From: Candidatus Omnitrophota bacterium
GTDB lineage: Bacteria; Omnitrophota; Gorgyraeia; JAHIPI01
Assembly (NCBI GenBank): GCA_016783745.1
Contig: JADHVZ010000003.1
Coordinates: 7,112 to 71,111, forward strand
DNA: 64,000 nucleotides
Direction of reading: 5' to 3'
This document shows positions 61,539-64,000 of the stretch, piece by piece; positions within the stretch are counted from its first letter, which is position 1, and each line of letters begins with the position of its first letter. The position numbers were made by a program, and so were the translations under genes. Under the pieces are notes generated by a model. That model did not search any database, was not told the DNA's origin, and saw only the letters and a program-made list of their open reading frames with translations.

Positions 61539-62300
61539 ATGATAGAAATTATAAATTTATGCAAATCCTTTGAAGACCACCTTGTTCTGGATAATTTAAA
61601 CCTGAATATCCAGAAAGGCGAGACAATGGTAATAATAGGCCGTTCCGGATGCGGGAAAAGCGTGATGCTTAAACACATAATCGGTATCATGAAGCCTGAC
61701 TCGGGGCAGGTCTTTGTCGATGGTTTGGATATGACGAGACTTAATTATAAGGAACTTAACGATTCACGGATGAAATTTGGGATGCTTTTTCAGGGAGCAG
61801 CGCTTTTTGATTCTTTGAGCATAGGTGAAAATGTTGGTTTTGCTTTGTATGAGCATACCAATCTTAGCAGATCGCAGATAGGGAAAAGGATCAAGGAGTG
61901 CCTGGAGCATGTAGGCCTGTCCGGGATAGAGAATCTGAAGCCCGCTGAACTTTCCGGCGGCATGAGAAAACGGGTAGGACTCGCGCGCGCTATCGCGGTC
62001 AACCCTGAGATCATAATGTACGATGAACCCACTACGGGCGTGGATCCCATAATGGGAGACGCCGTAAACGAACTTATAGTGGAATTGCACGATAAACTTA
62101 ACATCACTTCTATCGCGGTCACCCATGATATGATAAGCGCCTATAAGATCGCCGATAGGATAGCAATGTTATATGAAGGCAAGATAATCGAGGTAGGGAC
62201 TCCGGATGAGATCAAGAACACGAAGAACCCGATAGTAAAACAGTTCACAACAGGAGCCGCCACGGGCCCTATTACCGATAAAAAGAATTTATTAGATTAG
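61539..62300 (+). CDS. mlaF: MlaF-family ABC ATPase
   Basis: GRSGCGKS, LFQGAALFDS, LSGGMRKRVGLARA, DEPTTGVDP. Confidence 0.93.
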   Translation: MIEIINLCKSFEDHLVLDNLNLNIQKGETMVIIGRSGCGKSVMLKHIIGIMKPDSGQVFVDGLDMTRLNYKELNDSRMKFGMLFQGAALFDSLSIGENVGFALYEHTNLSRSQIGKRIKECLEHVGLSGIENLKPAELSGGMRKRVGLARAIAVNPEIIMYDEPTTGVDPIMGDAVNELIVELHDKLNITSIAVTHDMISAYKIADRIAMLYEGKIIEVGTPDEIKNTKNPIVKQFTTGAATGPITDKKNLLD

Positions 62301-62312
62301 AGAGGAGAGCAA

Positions 62313-62933
62313 ATGAAAGTGATATCATTTGAGGTAAAGGTAGGGATTTTTATTCTTATAGGATTTATCCTTCTTTTTATAATGATATTTTCCATCGGTG
62401 AGGTCTACCTGTTCAAGCCAGGATATCATGTCAAGGTAACGTTCAATTTCGCCAACGGCATAGCGATGAACGCGCCTGTGCGGCTTGCCGGAATAGAGGT
62501 GGGTGAGGTGGAAGACATAAGGATATATTACGACACGAACGAAGAGCGCACAAAGGTGGAGCTCTCGGCCTGGATAAAGAGAGATATCTCCATCGAAGAG
62601 GACGCTAACGCGGTAATAAATACGCTGGGGCTTTTGGGTGAGAAATATCTGGAGATCTTCCCCGGAAAAAGCAAAAGGTTTCTGACAAGCGACAGCGTAC
62701 TTGTGGGAATAGACCCTGTATCGACAGAGAATATGACTATGGAGCTCAAAAAGCTTCTGGATACGCTTATTGATGTGGCCGAAGGCATTAAAAGAGGCGA
62801 GGGTACAGTAGGCAGGCTCTTTACGGATGACAGTTTATATCAGAATCTTGAGGAATTCACAGCCGACATAAAGAAAAACCCCTGGAAGTTGATGCACAGG
62901 TCTAAGGACAAGATTCAACGGGAAGAGGACTAA
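62313..62933 (+). CDS. mlaD: MlaD/MCE-family protein
   Basis: KVGIF, PVRLAGIEVGEV, GLLGEKYLEI.PG. Confidence 0.92.
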   Translation: MKVISFEVKVGIFILIGFILLFIMIFSIGEVYLFKPGYHVKVTFNFANGIAMNAPVRLAGIEVGEVEDIRIYYDTNEERTKVELSAWIKRDISIEEDANAVINTLGLLGEKYLEIFPGKSKRFLTSDSVLVGIDPVSTENMTMELKKLLDTLIDVAEGIKRGEGTVGRLFTDDSLYQNLEEFTADIKKNPWKLMHRSKDKIQREED

Positions 62934-62954
62934 GAAGCTGTGATACGACCAATC

Positions 62955-64000
62955 ATGAAGACCAAGCAAAAGACCGTATTCACATGCCAGAGCTGCGGCT
63001 ATCAGTCGCCTAGGTGGCTTGGGAGATGCCCGGATTGTAATACATGGAATTCACTGGTCGAGGAATTTTCATCCGCTCCGTCTGTATCTAAGGCCGGGCC
63101 GGATAGCTTCAGGGTGGAGTATTCAAAAGAAAAGCCGCAGCCGCTGAATGCTATTAAGACCATAAATGAGGAGCGTTTTTCGACCGGCATAAGTGAACTT
63201 GACAGGGTGCTGGGAGGAGGGGTGGTCACAGGGTCGGTCATACTGACCGGCGGTGACCCCGGAATAGGAAAATCGACTCTGCTGCTGCAGGCTTCGGACT
63301 CACTGGCCAGAGACAAGAAAGTACTTTACGTAAGCGGTGAGGAGTCGATAAAGCAGACCAAGCTGCGGGCTGACAGGTTAGGGAGCGCCTCAAAAAACCT
63401 TTTCATCGTAAGCGAAACGAATCTCGATTCGATCTTTGATCATATCAATACGCTTAAGCCGGACTTCGTCATAATAGATTCGATACAGGTGATATATAAA
63501 GAAGACCTTTCGTCAAGCCCCGGCAGCGTCAGCCAGGTCAGGCTATGCGGCCAGGAGCTGACATTCATGGCGAAAAAATCCGGCATATCCGTGTTTTTAA
63601 TCGGCCACGTGACAAAAGAGGGAAACATCGCCGGGCCGCGTGTGCTTGAGCATATGGTGGATACGGTACTTTATTTTGAAGGCGAAAGCCAGAGAAGCTT
63701 CCGCCTTTTGCGGGCCGTGAAAAACAGGTTTGGCTCCACAAACGAGATCGGCATCTTCGAGATGACCGGAAAGGGCTTAAAAGAAGTCTCAAATCCTTCA
63801 GGTATCTTTATCGAAGAGAGGCCTAAGGATGTTTCCGGTTTCGCTATTGTGCCCACTATTGAAGGCACAAGGCCTCTTCTTGTGGAGATACAGGCGCTTG
63901 TGAAGGCTGCCAATCTCGCCGTTCCTAAAAGGGAAGCGAGAGGAATAGATTATAACAGAATATCTCTTATAACGGCTGTACTTGAGCGCCGCGTCGGCCT
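62955..64000 (+). CDS. radA: DNA repair protein RadA/Sms (runs off the window end; absent from the ORF track)
   Basis: Translated by hand: FTCQSCG..PRWLGRCPDC, GGDPGIGKST, YVSGEES, IDSIQ, GHVTKEG, KNRFG. Confidence 0.96.
   Translation, partial: MKTKQKTVFTCQSCGYQSPRWLGRCPDCNTWNSLVEEFSSAPSVSKAGPDSFRVEYSKEKPQPLNAIKTINEERFSTGISELDRVLGGGVVTGSVILTGGDPGIGKSTLLLQASDSLARDKKVLYVSGEESIKQTKLRADRLGSASKNLFIVSETNLDSIFDHINTLKPDFVIIDSIQVIYKEDLSSSPGSVSQVRLCGQELTFMAKKSGISVFLIGHVTKEGNIAGPRVLEHMVDTVLYFEGESQRSFRLLRAVKNRFGSTNEIGIFEMTGKGLKEVSNPSGIFIEERPKDVSGFAIVPTIEGTRPLLVEIQALVKAANLAVPKREARGIDYNRISLITAVLERRVG

Overview
Chromosomal window (no phage, IS transposase, integrase or CRISPR found) from a diderm, probably anaerobic bacterium. 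The gene mix (Lpt/Lol/Mla envelope systems plus McsA-McsB-ClpC, a transporter-less PTS, bifunctional PGI/PMI) is consistent with the PVC superphylum, e.g. Ca. Omnitrophota; this is inference only. About 50 mostly + strand CDS. The left ~19 kb is accessory-like, with two clear frameshifted genes, one weaker case and two gene relics. It is followed by AddAB, DinG, four tRNAs (Arg-TCG, Leu-TAG, Lys-CTT, Gly-GCC), a ptsN-yvcK-ptsH-ptsI-pgi/pmi-metK-ahcY-pfkA-fba operon, a large LVIVD/dockerin-like/beta-helix surface protein, lptFG-comF, a CHASE2-PP2C signalling operon, lysS-lolC/E-lolD-ilvE and mcsA-mcsB-clpC-mlaEFD-radA (partial). Most notable: (1) a c-di-GMP-I riboswitch with terminator heading a probable ribbon-helix-helix + PilZ fusion gene, with an operator-like palindrome, the unit bracketed by identical 64-bp REP-like hairpins; (2) a dispersed set of intergenic hairpins built of tandem 7(-8)-nt units that share architecture but not sequence. 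All calls were made by eye from motifs; no database searches were run.
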